DNA from: Eledone cirrhosa
Taxonomy: Eukaryota
Direction: 5' to 3'
Assembly: GCA_964016885.1 (NCBI GenBank)
Contig: OZ024741.1
Location: 4,712,001 to 4,776,000, forward strand
Length of the DNA stretch: 64,000 bases
This document shows positions 44,261 to 59,949 of the stretch, one piece after another. The position numbers and the translations under genes were made by a program. The notes beneath the pieces are model-generated. The model worked only from the letters and a program-made list of their open reading frames with translations, made no database searches and was not told the origin of the DNA. Each line of letters starts with the position of its first letter. Within the stretch, counting starts at the first letter, position 1.

Positions 44261-47200
44261 GTGACTCTAGTTATACTGCAACTGTAGTTATACTGTAACT
44301 GTAGTTATACTGTAACTGTAGTTATACTGCAACTGTAGTTATACTGCAACTGTAGTTATACTGTAGCTGTAGTTATACTATGACTAGTTATACAGTAGCT
44401 GTAGTTATACTGTAGCTGTAGTTATACTGCAACTGTAGTTATACTGTAACTATAGTTATACTGCAACTGTAGTTATACTGTAACTGTAGTTATACTGTAA
44501 CTGTGGTTATACTGCAACTGTAGTTATACTGTAACTGTAGTCATACTGTAACTGTAGTCATAATGCAACTGTAGTTATACTGTAACTGTAGTTATACTGT
44601 AGCTATACTCTAGCTGTAGTTATACTTTGACTAGATATACTGTGACTGTAGTTATACTGTAGCTGTAGTTATACTGTAACTGTAGTTATACTGTAACTGT
44701 AGTTATACTGTGACTCTAGTTATACTGCAACTGTAGTTATACTGTAACCGTAGTTATACTGTAACTGTAGTTATACTGCAACTGTAGTTATACTGCAACT
44801 GTAGTTATACTGCAACTGTAGTTATACTGCAACTGTAGTTATACTGTAGCTGTAGTTATACTGTAGCTGTAGCTATACTGTAGCTGTAGTTATACTGTGA
44901 CTGTAGTTATACTGTAGCTGTAGTTATACTGTAACTGTAGTTATACTGTAGCTGTAGTTATACTGTGACTGTAGTTATACTGTAACTGTAGTTATACTGT
45001 GACTGTAGTTATACTTCAACTGTAGTTATACTGTAGCTGTAGTTATACTGTAACTGTAGTTATACTGTAACTGTAGTTATACTGCAACTGTAGTTATACT
45101 GTAACTGTAGTTATACTGTAACTGTAGTTATACTGCGACTGTAGTTATACTGTAACTGTAGTTATACTGTAACTGTAGTTATACTGCAACTGTAGTTATA
45201 CTGTAACTGTAGTTATACTGTAACTGTAGTTATACTGCAACTGTAGTTATACTGTAACTGTAGTTATACTGTAAGTGTAGTTATACTGTAGCTGGAGTTA
45301 TACTGTGACTGTTGTTATACTTCAACTGTAGTTATACTGCAACTGTAGTTATACTGCAACTGTAGTTATACTGTGACTGTTGTTATACTGTCACTGTAGC
45401 TGTAGTTATACTGTAGCTGTAATTATAATGTAACTGTAGTTATACTGTAACTGTAGATATACTGTAACTGTAGTTATACTGTCACTATAGTTATGCTGTA
45501 ACTGTAGTTATACTGTAACTGTAGTTATACTGTAACTGTAGTTATACTGTAGCTGTAGTTATACTGTAGCTGTAGTTCTACTGTAGCTGTAGTTCTACTG
45601 TAGCTGTAGTTATACTGTAGCTGTAGTTATACTGTAACTGTAGTTATACTGTAGCTGTAGTTATACTGTAGCTGTAGTTATACTGTAGCTGTAGTTATAC
45701 TGTAGCTGTAGTTATACTGTAACTGTAGTTATACTGCAACTGTAGTTATACTGCAACTGTAGTTATACTGCAACTGTAGTTATACTGTAACTAGTTATAC
45801 TTCAACTGTAATTATACTGTAGCTGTAGTTATAGTGTGACTGTAGTTATACTGTAACTGTAGTTACACTTCAACTGTAGTTATACTGTAACTGTAGTTAT
45901 ACTGTAGCTGTAGTTATACTGTGACTGTAGTTATACTGTAGCTGTAGTTATACTGTAACTGTAGTTATACTGTAACTGTAGTTATACTGCAACTGTAGTT
46001 ATACTGTAACTGTAGTTATACTGCAACTGTAGTTATACTGTAACTGTAGTTATACTGTAACTGTAGTTATACTGTAACTGTAGTTATACTGCAACTGTAG
46101 TTATACTGTAACTGTAGTTATACTGCAACTGTAGTTATACTGCAACTGTAGTTATACTGTAACTGTAATTCTATCGTAGCTGTAGTTATACTGTAGCTGT
46201 TGTTATACTGTCACTGTAGCTATACTGTAACTGTAGTTATACTGCAACTGTACTTATACTGCAACTGTAGTTCTACTGTAGCTGTAGTTATACTGTAGCT
46301 GTAGTTTTACTGTAATTGTAGTTATAGTGTAGCTGTAGTTATACTGTAGCTGTAGTTATACTGTAACTGTAGTTATATTGTGACTGTAGTTATACTGAGA
46401 CTGTAATTACACTGTGACTGTTGTTATACTGTTACTGTTGTTATACAGTAACTGTAATTATACTGTGACTGTAGTTATACTGAGACTGTAATTATACTGT
46501 GACTGTTGTTATACAGTAACTGTAGTTATACTGTGATTTTAGTTATACTGTAACTGTAGTTATACTGCAACTGTAGTCATACTGTAACTGTAGTCATAAT
46601 GCAACTGTAGTTATACTGTAACTGTAGTTATACTGTAGCTATACTCTAGCTGTAGTTATACTTTAACTGTAGATATACTGTACCTGTAGTTATACTGTAA
46701 CTGTATTTATACTGTAGCTGTAGTTATACTGTGACTCTAGTTATACTGTAACTGTAGTTATACTGTAGCTGTAGTTATACTGTGACTGTAGTTATACTGT
46801 AACTGTAGTTATACTGTAGCTGTAGTTATACTGCAACTGTAGTTATACTGTAACTGTAGTTATACTGCAACTGTAGTTATACTGTAACTGTAGTTATACT
46901 GTAACTGTAGTTATACTGCAACTGTAGTAATACTTTAACTGTAGTTATACTGTAACTGTAGTTATACTGCAACTGTAGTTATACTGCAACTGTAGTTATA
47001 CTGTAACTGTAGTTCTACTGTAGCTGTAGTTATACTGTAGCTGTAGTTATACTGTAGCTGTAGATATACTGTGGCTGTAGTTATACTGTGACTGTAGTTA
47101 TACTGTGACTGTAGTTATACTGTGACTGTTGTTATACTGTCACTGTAGTTATACTGTAACTGTAGTTATACTGTAGCTGTAGTTATATTGTAGCTGTAGT

Positions 47201-50200
47201 TTTACTGTAACTGTAGTTATACTGTAACTGTACTTATACTGCAACTGTACTTATACTGCAACTGTAGTTATACTGCAACTGTAGTTATAGTGTAACTGTA
47301 GTTCTACTGTAGCTGTAGTTATACTGTCACTGTAGCTACACTGTAGCTGCAGCTACACTGTAGCTGTAGTTATATTGTAGCTGTAGTTATACTGTAACTG
47401 TAGTTATACTGTAACTGTAGTTACAGTATATCTACAGTTACAGTATAACTGTAGTTATACTGTGACTGTAGTTATACTCTAACTGTAGTTATACCGTGAC
47501 TGTAGTTATACTGTAGCTGTAGTTATACTTTAGCTGTAGTTATACTGTAGCTGTAGTTATACTGCAACTGTTGTTATACTGTAACTGTAGTTATACTGCA
47601 ACTGTAGTTATACTGTAACTGTAGTTATACTGTAGCTATACTGTAGCTGTAGTTATACTGTAACTGTAGTTATACTGCAACTGTAGTTATACTGTAACTG
47701 TAGTTATACTGCAACTGTAGTTATACTGTGACTGTTGTTATACTGTTACTGTTGTTATACAGTAACTAGTTATAATGTGACTTTAGTTATACTGTCACTG
47801 TAGTTATACTGTAACTGTAGTTATACTGTAATTGTAGTTATACTGTAACTGTAGTTATACTGCAACTGTAGTTATACTGTAACTGTAGTCATACTGTAAC
47901 TGTAGTCATAATGCAACTGTAGTTATACTGTACCTATACTCTAGCTGTAGTTATACTTTAACTGTAGATATACTGTGACTGTAGTTATACTGTATCTGTA
48001 GTTATACTGTGTCTGTAGTTATACTGTCACTGTAGTTATACTGTAACTGTATTTATACTGTGACTCTAGTTATACTGTAACTGTAGTTATACTGTAGCTG
48101 TAGTTATACTGTAACTGTAGTTATACTGTGACTAGTTAAACTGTAACTGTAGTTATACTGTCACTGTAGTTATACTGTGACTTTAGTTATACTGTGACTG
48201 TAGTTATACTTCAACTGTAGTTATACTGTAACTGTAGATATACTGTAGCTGTAGTTATACTGTGACTAGTTATACTGTGACTGTAGTTATACTGTGACTG
48301 TTGTTATACTGTAGCTGTAGTTATACTGTAACTGTAGTTATACTGTCAATGTAGTTATACTGTCACTGTAGTTATACTGTAACTGTAGTTATACTGAAAC
48401 TGTAGTTATACTGTAAATGTAGTTATAGTGTAGCTGTAGTTATACTGTAACTGTAGTTATACTGTAACTGTAGTTATACTGTAACTGTAGTTATACTGCA
48501 ACTGTAGTTATACTGTAACTGTAGTTATACTGCAACTCTAGTTATACTGTAACTGTAGTTATACTGTAACTGTAGTTATACTGTAACTGTAGTTATACTG
48601 TAACTGTAGTTATACTGCAACTGTAGTTATACTGTAGCTGTAGTTATACTGTGACTGTAGTTATACTGTAACTGTAGTTATACTGTAGCTGTAGTTATAC
48701 TTCAACTGTAGTTATACTGTAGCTGTAGTTATACTGCAACTGTAGTTATACTGCAACTGTAGTTATACTGTAACTGTAGTTATTCTGTAACTGTAGTTAT
48801 ACTGCAAATGTAGTTATACTGTAACTGTAGTTATACTGTAACTGTAGTTATACTGCAACTGTAGTTATACTGTAACTGTAGTTCTACTGTAGCTGTAGTT
48901 CTACTGTAGCTGTAGTTATACTGTAGCTGTAGTTATACTGTAACTGTAGTTATACTGTAGCTGTAGTTATACTGTAGCTGTAGTTTTACTGTGACTGTAG
49001 TTATACTGTCACTAGCTATACTGTAGCTGTAGTTATATTGTAGCTGTAGTTATACTGTAACTGTAGTTATACTGTAGCTGTAGTTATACTCTAACTGTAG
49101 TTATACTGTGACTGTAGTTATACTGTGACTGTAGTTATACCGTGACTGTTGTTATACTATGACTTTAGTTATACTGTAACTGTAGTTATACTGTAACTGT
49201 AGTTATACTGTAGCTGTAGTTATACCGTAAATGTAGATATACTGTAGCTGTAGTTATACTGCAACTGTAGTTATACTGCAACTGTAGTTATACTGTAGCT
49301 GTAGTTATACTATGACTAGTTATACAGTAGCTGTAGTTATACTGTAGCTGTAGTTATACTGCAACTGTAGTTATACTGTAACTATAGTTATACTGCAACT
49401 GTAGTTATACTGTAACTGTAGTTATACTGTAACTGTGGTTATACTGCAACTGTAGTTATACTGTAACTGTAGTCATACTGTAACTGTAGTCATAATGCAA
49501 CTGTAGTTATACTGTAACTGTAGTTATACTGTAGCTATACTCTAGCTGTAGTTATACTTTGACTAGATATACTGTGACTGTAGTTATACTGTAGCTGTAG
49601 TTATACTGTAACTGTAGTTATACTGTGACTCTAGTTATACTGTAGCTGTAGTTATACTGTAACTGTAGTTATACTGTAACTGTAGTTATACTGTGACTGT
49701 AGTTATACTGTAAGTGTAGTTATACTGTAGCTGGAGTTATACTGTGACTGTTGTTATACTTCAACTGTAGTTATACTGCAACTGTAGTTATACTGCAACT
49801 GTAGTTATACTGCAACTGTAGTTATACTGTGACTGTTGTTATACTGTCACTGTAGTTATACTGTCACTGTAGCTGTAGTTATACTGTAGCTGTAATTATA
49901 ATGTAACTGTAGTTATACTGTAACTGTAGATATACTGTAACTGTAGTTATACTGTCACTATAGTTATGCTGTAACTGTAGTTATACTGTAACTGTAGTTA
50001 TACTGTAGCTGTAGTTATACTGTAACTGTAGTTCTACTGTAGCTGTAGTTCTACTGTAGCTGTAGTTATACTGTAGCTGTAGTTATACTGTAACTGTAGT
50101 TATACTGTAGCTGTAGTTATACTGTAGCTGTAGTTATACTGTGACTGTAGTTATACTGTAGCTGTAGTTATACTGTAACTGTAGTTATACTGCAACTGTA

Positions 50201-53200
50201 GTTATACTGCAACTGTAGTTATACTGCAACTGTAGTTATACTGTAACTAGTTATACTTCAACTGTAATTATACTGTAGCTGTAGTTATAGTGTGACTGTA
50301 GTTATACTGTAACTGTAGTTACACTTCAACTGTAGTTATACTGTAACTGTAGTTATACTGTAGCTGTAGTTATACTGTGACTGTAGTTATACTGTAACTG
50401 TAGTTATACTGCAACTGTAGTTATACTGTAACTGTAGTTATACTGCAACTGTAGTTATACTGCAACTGTAGTTATACTGTAACTGTAGTTATACTGTAAC
50501 TGTAGTTATACTGTAACTGTAGTTATACTGCAACTGTAGTTATACTGTAACTGTAGTTATACTGCAACTGTAGTTATACTGCAACTGTAGTTATACTGTA
50601 ACTGTAATTCTATCGTAGCTGTAGTTATACTGTAGCTGTTGTTATACTGTCACTGTAGCTATACTGTAACTGTAGTTATACTGCAACTGTACTTATACTG
50701 CAACTGTAGTTCTACTGTAGCTGTAGTTATACTGTAGCTGTAGTTTTACTGTAATTGTAGTTATAGTGTAGCTGTAGTTATACTGTAGCTGTAGTTATAC
50801 TGTAACTGTAGTTATATTGTGACTGTAGTTATACTGAGACTGTAATTACACTGTGACTGTTGTTATACTGTTACTGTTGTTATACAGTAACTGTAATTAT
50901 ACTGTGACTGTAGTTATACTGAGACTGTAATTATACTGTGACTGTTGTTATACTGTTACTGTTGTTATACAGTAACTGTAGTTATACTGTGATTTTAGTT
51001 ATACTGTAACTGTAGTTATACTGCAACTGTAGTCATACTGTAACTGTAGTCATAATGCAACTGTAGTTATACTGTAACTGTAGTTATACTGTAGCTATAC
51101 TCTAGCTGTAGTTATACTTTAACTGTAGATATACTGTACCTGTAGTTATACTGTAACTGTATTTATACTGTAGCTGTAGTTATACTGTGACTCTAGTTAT
51201 ACTGTAACTGTAGTTATACTGTAGCTGTAGTTATACTGTGACTGTAGTTATACTGTAACTGTAGTTATACTGTAGCTGTAGTTATACTGCAACTGTAGTT
51301 ATACTGTAACTGTAGTTATACTGCAACTGTAGTTATACTGTAACTGTAGTTATACTGTAACTGTAGTTATACTGCAACTGTAGTAATACTTTAACTGTAG
51401 TTATACTGTAACTGTAGTTATACTGCAACTGTAGTTATACTGCAACTGTAGTTATACTGTAACTGTAGTTCTACTGTAGCTGTAGTTATACTGTAGCTGT
51501 AGTTATACTGTAACTGTAGATATACTGTAGCTGTAGTTATACTGTGACTGTAGTTATACTGTGACTGTAGTTATACTGTGACTGTAGTTATACTGTGACT
51601 GTTGTTATACTGTCACTGTAGTTATACTGTAACTGTAGTTATACTGTAGCTGTAGTTATATTGTAGCTGTAGTTTTACTGTAACTGTAGTTATACTGTAA
51701 CTGTACTTATACTGCAACTGTACTTATACTGCAACTGTAGTTATACTGCAACTGTAGTTATAGTGTAACTGTAGTTCTACTGTAGCTGTAGTTATACTGT
51801 AGCTGTAGTTATACTGTCACTGTAGCTACACTGTAGCTGTAGTTATATTGTAGCTGTAGTTATACTGTAACTGTAGTTATACTGTAACTGTAGTTACAGT
51901 ATATCTACAGTTACAGTATAACTGTAGTTATACTGTGACTGTAGTTATACTCTAACTGTAGTTATACTGTAGCTGTAGTTATACTTTAGCTGTAGTTATA
52001 CTGTAGCTGTAGTTATACTGCAACTGTTGTTATACTGTAACTAGTTATACTGCAACTGTAGTTATACTGTAGCTATACTGTAGCTGTAGTTATACTGTAA
52101 CTGTAGTTATACTGCAACTGTAGTTATACTGTGACTGTTGTTATACTGTTACTGTTGTTATACAGTAACTAGTTATAATGTGACTTTAGTTATACTGTAA
52201 CTGTAGTTATACTGCAACTGTAGTTATACTGTAACTGTAGTCATACTGTAACTGTAGTCATAATGCAACTGTAGTTATACTGTAACTGTAGTTATACTGT
52301 ACCTATACTCTAGCTGTAGTTATACTTTAACTGTAGATATACTGTGACTGTAGTTATACTGTATCTGTAGTTATACTGTGTCTGTAGTTATACTGTCACT
52401 GTAGTTATACTGTAACTGTATTTATACTGTGACTCTAGTTATACTGTAACTGTAGTTATACTGTAGCTGTAGTTATACTGTAACTGTAGTTATACTGTGA
52501 CTAGTTAAACTGTAACTGTAGTTATACTGTGACTGTAGCTGTAGTTATACTGTCACTGTAGTTATACTGTGACTTTAGTTATACTGTGACTGTAGTTATA
52601 CTGTGACTGTTGTTATACTTCAACTGTAGTTATACTGCAACTGTAGTTATACTGTAACTGTAGTTATACTGTAGCTATAGTTATACTGTGACTCTAGTTA
52701 TACTGTAGCTGTAGTTATACTGTAACTGTAGATATACTGTAGCTGTAGTTATACTGTGACTGTAGTTATACTGTGACTGTAGTTATACTGTGACTGTTGT
52801 TATACTGTAGCTGTAGTTATACTGTAACTGTAGTTATACTGTCAATGTAGTTATACTGTCACTGTAGTTATACTGTAACTGTAGTTATACTGAAACTAGT
52901 TATACTGTAAATGTAGTTATAGTGTAGCTGTAGTTATACTGTAACTGTAGTTATACTGTAACTGTAGTTATACTGTGACTGTAGTTATACTTCAACTGTA
53001 GTTATACTGTAACTGTAGATATACTGTAGCTGTAGTTATACTGTGACTAGTTATACTGTGACTGTAGTTATACTGTGACTGTTGTTATACTGTAGCTGTA
53101 GTTATACTGTAACTGTAGTTATACTGTCAATGTAGTTATACTGTCACTGTAGTTATACTGTAACTGTAGTTATACTGAAACTGTAGTTATACTGTAAATG

Positions 53201-56200
53201 TAGTTATAGTGTAGCTGTAGTTATACTGTAACTGTAGTTATACTGTAACTGTAGTTATACTGTAACTGTAGTTATACTGCAACTGTAGTTATACTGTAAC
53301 TGTAGTTATACTGCAACTCTAGTTATACTGTAACTGTAGTTATACTGTAACTGTAGTTATACTGTAACTGTAGTTATACTGTAACTGTAGTTATACTGCA
53401 ACTGTAGTTATACTGTAGCTGTAGTTATACTGTGACTGTAGTTATACTGTAACTGTAGTTATACTGTAGCTGTAGTTATACTTCAACTGTAGTTATACTG
53501 TAGCTGTAGTTATACTGCAACTGTAGTTATACTGCAACTGTAGTTATACTGTAACTGTAGTTATTCTGTAACTGTAGTTATACTGCAACTGTAGTTATAC
53601 TGTAACTGTAGTTATACTGTAACTGTAGTTATACTACAACTGTAGTTATACTGTAACTGTAGTTCTACTGTAGCTGTAGTTCTACTGTAGCTGTAGTTAT
53701 ACTGTAGCTGTAGTTATACTGTAACTGTAGTTATACTGTAGCTGTAGTTATACTGTAGCTGTAGTTTTACTGTGACTGTAGTTATACTGTCACTAGCTAT
53801 ACTGTAGCTGTAGTTATATTGTAGCTGTAGTTATACTGTAACTGTAGTTATACTGTAGCTGTAGTTATACTCTAACTGTAGTTATACTGTGACTGTAGTT
53901 ATACCGTGACTGTTGTTATACTATGACTTTAGTTATACTGTAACTGTAGTTATACTGTAACTGTAGTTATACTGTAGCTGTAGTTATACCGTAAATGTAG
54001 ATATACTGTAGCTGTAGTTATACTGCAACTGTAGTTATACTGCAACTGTAGTTATACTGTAGCTGTAGTTATACTATGACTAGTTATACAGTAGCTGTAG
54101 TTATACTGTAGCTGTAGTTATACTGCAACTGTAGTTATACTGTAACTATAGTTATACTGCAACTGTAGTTATACTGTAACTGTAGTTATACTGTAACTGT
54201 GGTTATACTGCAACTGTAGTTATACTGTAACTGTAGTCATACTGTAACTGTAGTCATAATGCAACTGTAGTTATACTGTAACTGTAGTTATACTGTAGCT
54301 ATACTCTAGCTGTAGTTATACTTTGACTAGATATACTGTGACTGTAGTTATACTGTAGCTGTAGTTATACTGTAACTGTAGTTATACTGTGACTCTAGTT
54401 ATACTGTAACTGTAGTTATACTGTAACTGTAGTTATACTGTGACTGTAGTTATACTGTAAGTGTAGTTATACTGTAGCTGGAGTTATACTGTGACTGTTG
54501 TTATACTTCAACTGTAGTTATACTGCAACTGTAGTTATACTGCAACTGTAGTTATACTGTGACTTGTTATACTGTGACTGTTGTTATACTGTCACTGTAG
54601 TTATACTGTCACTGTAGCTGTAGTTATACTGTAGCTGTAATTATAATGTAACTGTAGTTATACTGTAACTGTAGATATACTGTAACTGTAGTTATACTGT
54701 CACTATAGTTATGCTGTAACTGTAGTTATACTGTAACTGTAGTTATACTGTAGCTGTAGTTATACTGTAACTGTAGTTCTACTGTAGCTGTAGTTCTACT
54801 GTAGCTGTAGTTATACTGTAGCTGTAGTTATACTGTAACTGTAGTTATACTGTAGCTGTAGTTATACTGTAGCTGTAGTTATACTGTGACTGTAGTTATA
54901 CTGTAGCTGTAGTTATACTGTAACTGTAGTTATACTGCAACTGTAGTTATACTGCAACTGTAGTTATACTGCAACTGTAGTTATACTGTAACTAGTTATA
55001 CTTCAACTGTAATTATACTGTAGCTGTAGTTATAGTGTGACTGTAGTTATACTGTAACTGTAGTTACACTTCAACTGTAGTTATACTGTAGCTGTAGTTA
55101 TACTGTGACTGTAGTTATACTGTAACTGTAGTTATACTGCAACTGTAGTTATACTGTAACTGTAGTTATACTGCAACTGTAGTTATACTGCAACTGTAGT
55201 TATACTGTAACTGTAGTTATACTGTAACTGTAGTTATACTGTAACTGTAGTTATACTGCAACTGTAGTTATACTGTAACTGTAGTTATACTGCAACTGTA
55301 GTTATACTGCAACTGTAGTTATACTGTAACTGTAATTCTATCGTAGCTGTAGTTATACTGTAGCTGTTGTTATACTGTCACTGTAGCTATACTGTAACTG
55401 TAGTTATACTGCAACTGTACTTATACTGCAACTGTAGTTCTACTGTAGCTGTAGTTATACTGTAGCTGTAGTTTTACTGTAATTGTAGTTATAGTGTAGC
55501 TGTAGTTATACTGTAGCTGTAGTTATACTGTAACTGTAGTTATATTGTGACTGTAGTTATACTGAGACTGTAATTACACTGTGACTGTTGTTATACTGTT
55601 ACTGTTGTTATACAGTAACTGTAATTATACTGTGACTGTAGTTATACTGAGACTGTAATTATACTGTGACTGTTGTTATACTGTTACTGTTGTTATACAG
55701 TAACTGTAGTTATACTGTGATTTTAGTTATACTGTAACTGTAGTTATACTGCAACTGTAGTCATACTGTAACTGTAGTCATAATGCAACTGTAGTTATAC
55801 TGTAACTGTAGTTATACTGTAGCTATACTCTAGCTGTAGTTATACTTTAACTGTAGATATACTGTACCTGTAGTTATACTGTAACTGTATTTATACTGTA
55901 GCTGTAGTTATACTGTGACTCTAGTTATACTGTAACTGTAGTTATACTGTAGCTGTAGTTATACTGTGACTGTAGTTATACTGTAACTGTAGTTATACTG
56001 TAGCTGTAGTTATACTGCAACTGTAGTTATACTGTAACTGTAGTTATACTGCAACTGTAGTTATACTGTAACTGTAGTTATACTGTAACTGTAGTTATAC
56101 TGCAACTGTAGTAATACTTTAACTGTAGTTATACTGTAACTGTAGTTATACTGCAACTGTAGTTATACTGCAACTGTAGTTATACTGTAACTGTAGTTCT

Positions 56201-59200
56201 ACTGTAGCTGTAGTTATACTGTAGCTGTAGTTATACTGTAACTGTAGATATACTGTAGCTGTAGTTATACTGTGACTGTAGTTATACTGTGACTGTAGTT
56301 ATACTGTGACTGTAGTTATACTGTGACTGTTGTTATACTGTCACTGTAGTTATACTGTAACTGTAGTTATACTGTAGCTGTAGTTATATTGTAGCTGTAG
56401 TTTTACTGTAACTGTAGTTATACTGTAACTGTACTTATACTGCAACTGTACTTATACTGCAACTGTAGTTATACTGCAACTGTAGTTATAGTGTAACTGT
56501 AGTTCTACTGTAGCTGTAGTTATACTGTAGCTGTAGTTATACTGTCACTGTAGCTACACTGTAGCTGTAGTTATATTGTAGCTGTAGTTATACTGTAACT
56601 GTAGTTATACTGTAACTGTAGTTACAGTATATCTACAGTTACAGTATAACTGTAGTTATACTGTGACTGTAGTTATACTCTAACTGTAGTTATACTGTAG
56701 CTGTAGTTATACTTTAGCTGTAGTTATACTGTAGCTGTAGTTATACTGCAACTGTTGTTATACTGTAACTAGTTATACTGCAACTGTAGTTATACTGTAG
56801 CTATACTGTAGCTGTAGTTATACTGTAACTGTAGTTATACTGCAACTGTAGTTATACTGTGACTGTTGTTATACTGTTACTGTTGTTATACAGTAACTAG
56901 TTATAATGTGACTTTAGTTATACTGTAACTGTAGTTATACTGCAACTGTAGTTATACTGTAACTGTAGTCATACTGTAACTGTAGTCATAATGCAACTGT
57001 AGTTATACTGTAACTGTAGTTATACTGTACCTATACTCTAGCTGTAGTTATACTTTAACTGTAGATATACTGTGACTGTAGTTATACTGTATCTGTAGTT
57101 ATACTGTGTCTGTAGTTATACTGTCACTGTAGTTATACTGTAACTGTATTTATACTGTGACTCTAGTTATACTGTAACTGTAGTTATACTGTAGCTGTAG
57201 TTATACTGTAACTGTAGTTATACTGTGACTAGTTAAACTGTAACTGTAGTTATACTGTGACTGTAGCTGTAGTTATACTGTCACTGTAGTTATACTGTGA
57301 CTTTAGTTATACTGTGACTGTAGTTATACTGTGACTGTTGTTATACTTCAACTGTAGTTATACTGCAACTGTAGTTATACTGTAACTGTAGTTATACTGT
57401 AGCTATAGTTATACTGTGACTCTAGTTATACTGTAGCTGTAGTTATACTGTAACTGTAGATATACTGTAGCTGTAGTTATACTGTGACTGTAGTTATACT
57501 GTGACTGTTGTTATACTGTCACTGTAGTTATACTGTAACTGTAGTTATACTGTAGCTGTAGTTATACTGTAGCTGTAGTTATATTGTAGCTGTAGTTTTA
57601 CTGTAACTGTAGTTATACTGTAACTGTACTTATACTGCAACTGTACTTATACTGCAACTGTAGTTATACTGCAACTGTAGTTATACTGCAACTGTAGTTA
57701 TAGTGTAACTGTAGTTCTACTGTAGCTGTAGTTATACTGTAGCTGTAGTTATACTGTCACTGTAGCTACACTGTAGCTGTAGTTATATTGTAGCTGTAGT
57801 TATACTGTAACTGTAGTTATACTGTAACTGTAGTTACAGTATATCTACAGTTACAGTATAACTGTAGTTATACTGTGACTGTAGTTATACTCTAACTGTA
57901 GTTATACTGTAGCTGTAGTTATACTTTAGCTGTAGTTATACTGTAGCTGTAGTTATACTGCAACTGTTGTTATACTGTAACTAGTTATACTGCAACTGTA
58001 GTTATACTGTAGCTATACTGTAGCTGTAGTTATACTGTAACTGTAGTTATACTGCAACTGTAGTTATACTGTGACTGTTGTTATACTGTTACTGTTGTTA
58101 TACAGTAACTAGTTATAATGTGACTTTAGTTATACTGTAACTGTAGTTATACTGCAACTGTAGTTATACTGTAACTGTAGTCATACTGTAACTGTAGTCA
58201 TAATGCAACTGTAGTTATACTGTAACTGTAGTTATACTGTACCTATACTCTAGCTGTAGTTATACTTTAACTGTAGATATACTGTGACTGTAGTTATACT
58301 GTATCTGTAGTTATACTGTGTCTGTAGTTATACTGTCACTGTAGTTATACTGTAACTGTATTTATACTGTGACTCTAGTTATACTGTAACTGTAGTTATA
58401 CTGTAGCTGTAGTTATACTGTAACTGTAGTTATACTGTGACTAGTTAAACTGTAACTGTAGTTATACTGTGACTGTAGCTGTAGTTATACTGTCACTGTA
58501 GTTATACTGTGACTTTAGTTATACTGTGACTGTAGTTATACTGTGACTGTTGTTATACTTCAACTGTAGTTATACTGCGACTGTAGTTATACTGTAACTG
58601 TAGTTATACTGTAGCTATAGTTATACTGTGACTCTAGTTATACTGTAGCTGTAGTTATACTGTAACTGTAGATATACTGTAGCTGTAGTTATACTGTGAC
58701 TGTAGTTATACTGTGACTGTAGTTATACTGTGACTGTTGTTATACTGTAGCTGTAGTTATACTGTAACTGTAGTTATACTGTCAATGTAGTTATACTGTC
58801 ACTGTAGTTATACTGTAACTGTAGTTATACTGAAACTAGTTATACTGTAAATGTAGTTATAGTGTAGCTGTAGTTATACTGTAACTGTAGTTATACTGTG
58901 ACTGTAGTTATACTTCAACTGTAGTTATACTGTAACTGTAGATATACTGTAGCTGTAGTTATACTGTGACTAGTTATACTGTGACTGTAGTTATACTGTG
59001 ACTGTTGTTATACTGTAGCTGTAGTTATACTGTAACTGTAGTTATACTGTCAATGTAGTTATACTGTCACTGTAGTTATACTGTAACTGTAGTTATACTG
59101 AAACTGTAGTTATACTGTAAATGTAGTTATAGTGTAGCTGTAGTTATACTGTAACTGTAGTTATACTGTAACTGTAGTTATACTGTAACTGTAGTTATAC

Positions 59201-59949
59201 TGCAACTGTAGTTATACTGTAACTGTAGTTATACTGCAACTCTAGTTATACTGTAACTGTAGTTATACTGTAACTGTAGTTATACTGTAACTGTAGTTAT
59301 ACTGTAACTGTAGTTATACTGCAACTGTAGTTATACTGTAGCTGTAGTTATACTGTGACTGTAGTTATACTGTAACTGTAGTTATACTGTAGCTGTAGTT
59401 ATACTTCAACTGTAGTTATACTGTAGCTGTAGTTATACTGCAACTGTAGTTATACTGCAACTGTAGTTATACTGTAACTGTAGTTATTCTGTAACTGTAG
59501 TTATACTGCAACTGTAGTTATACTGTAACTGTAGTTATACTGTAACTGTAGTTATACTGCAACTGTAGTTATACTGTAACTGTAGTTCTACTGTAGCTGT
59601 AGTTCTACTGTAGCTGTAGTTATACTGTAGCTGTAGTTATACTGTAACTGTAGTTATACTGTAGCTGTAGTTATACTGTAGCTGTAGTTTTACTGTGACT
59701 GTAGTTATACTGTCACTAGCTATACTGTAGCTGTAGTTATATTGTAGCTGTAGTTATACTGTAACTGTAGTTATACTGTAGCTGTAGTTATACTCTAACT
59801 GTAGTTATACTGTGACTGTAGTTATACCGTGACTGTTGTTATACTATGACTTTAGTTATACTGTAACTGTAGTTATACTGTAGCTGTAGTTATACCGTAA
59901 ATGTAGATATACTGTAGCTGTAGTTATACTGCAACTGTAGTTATACTGT

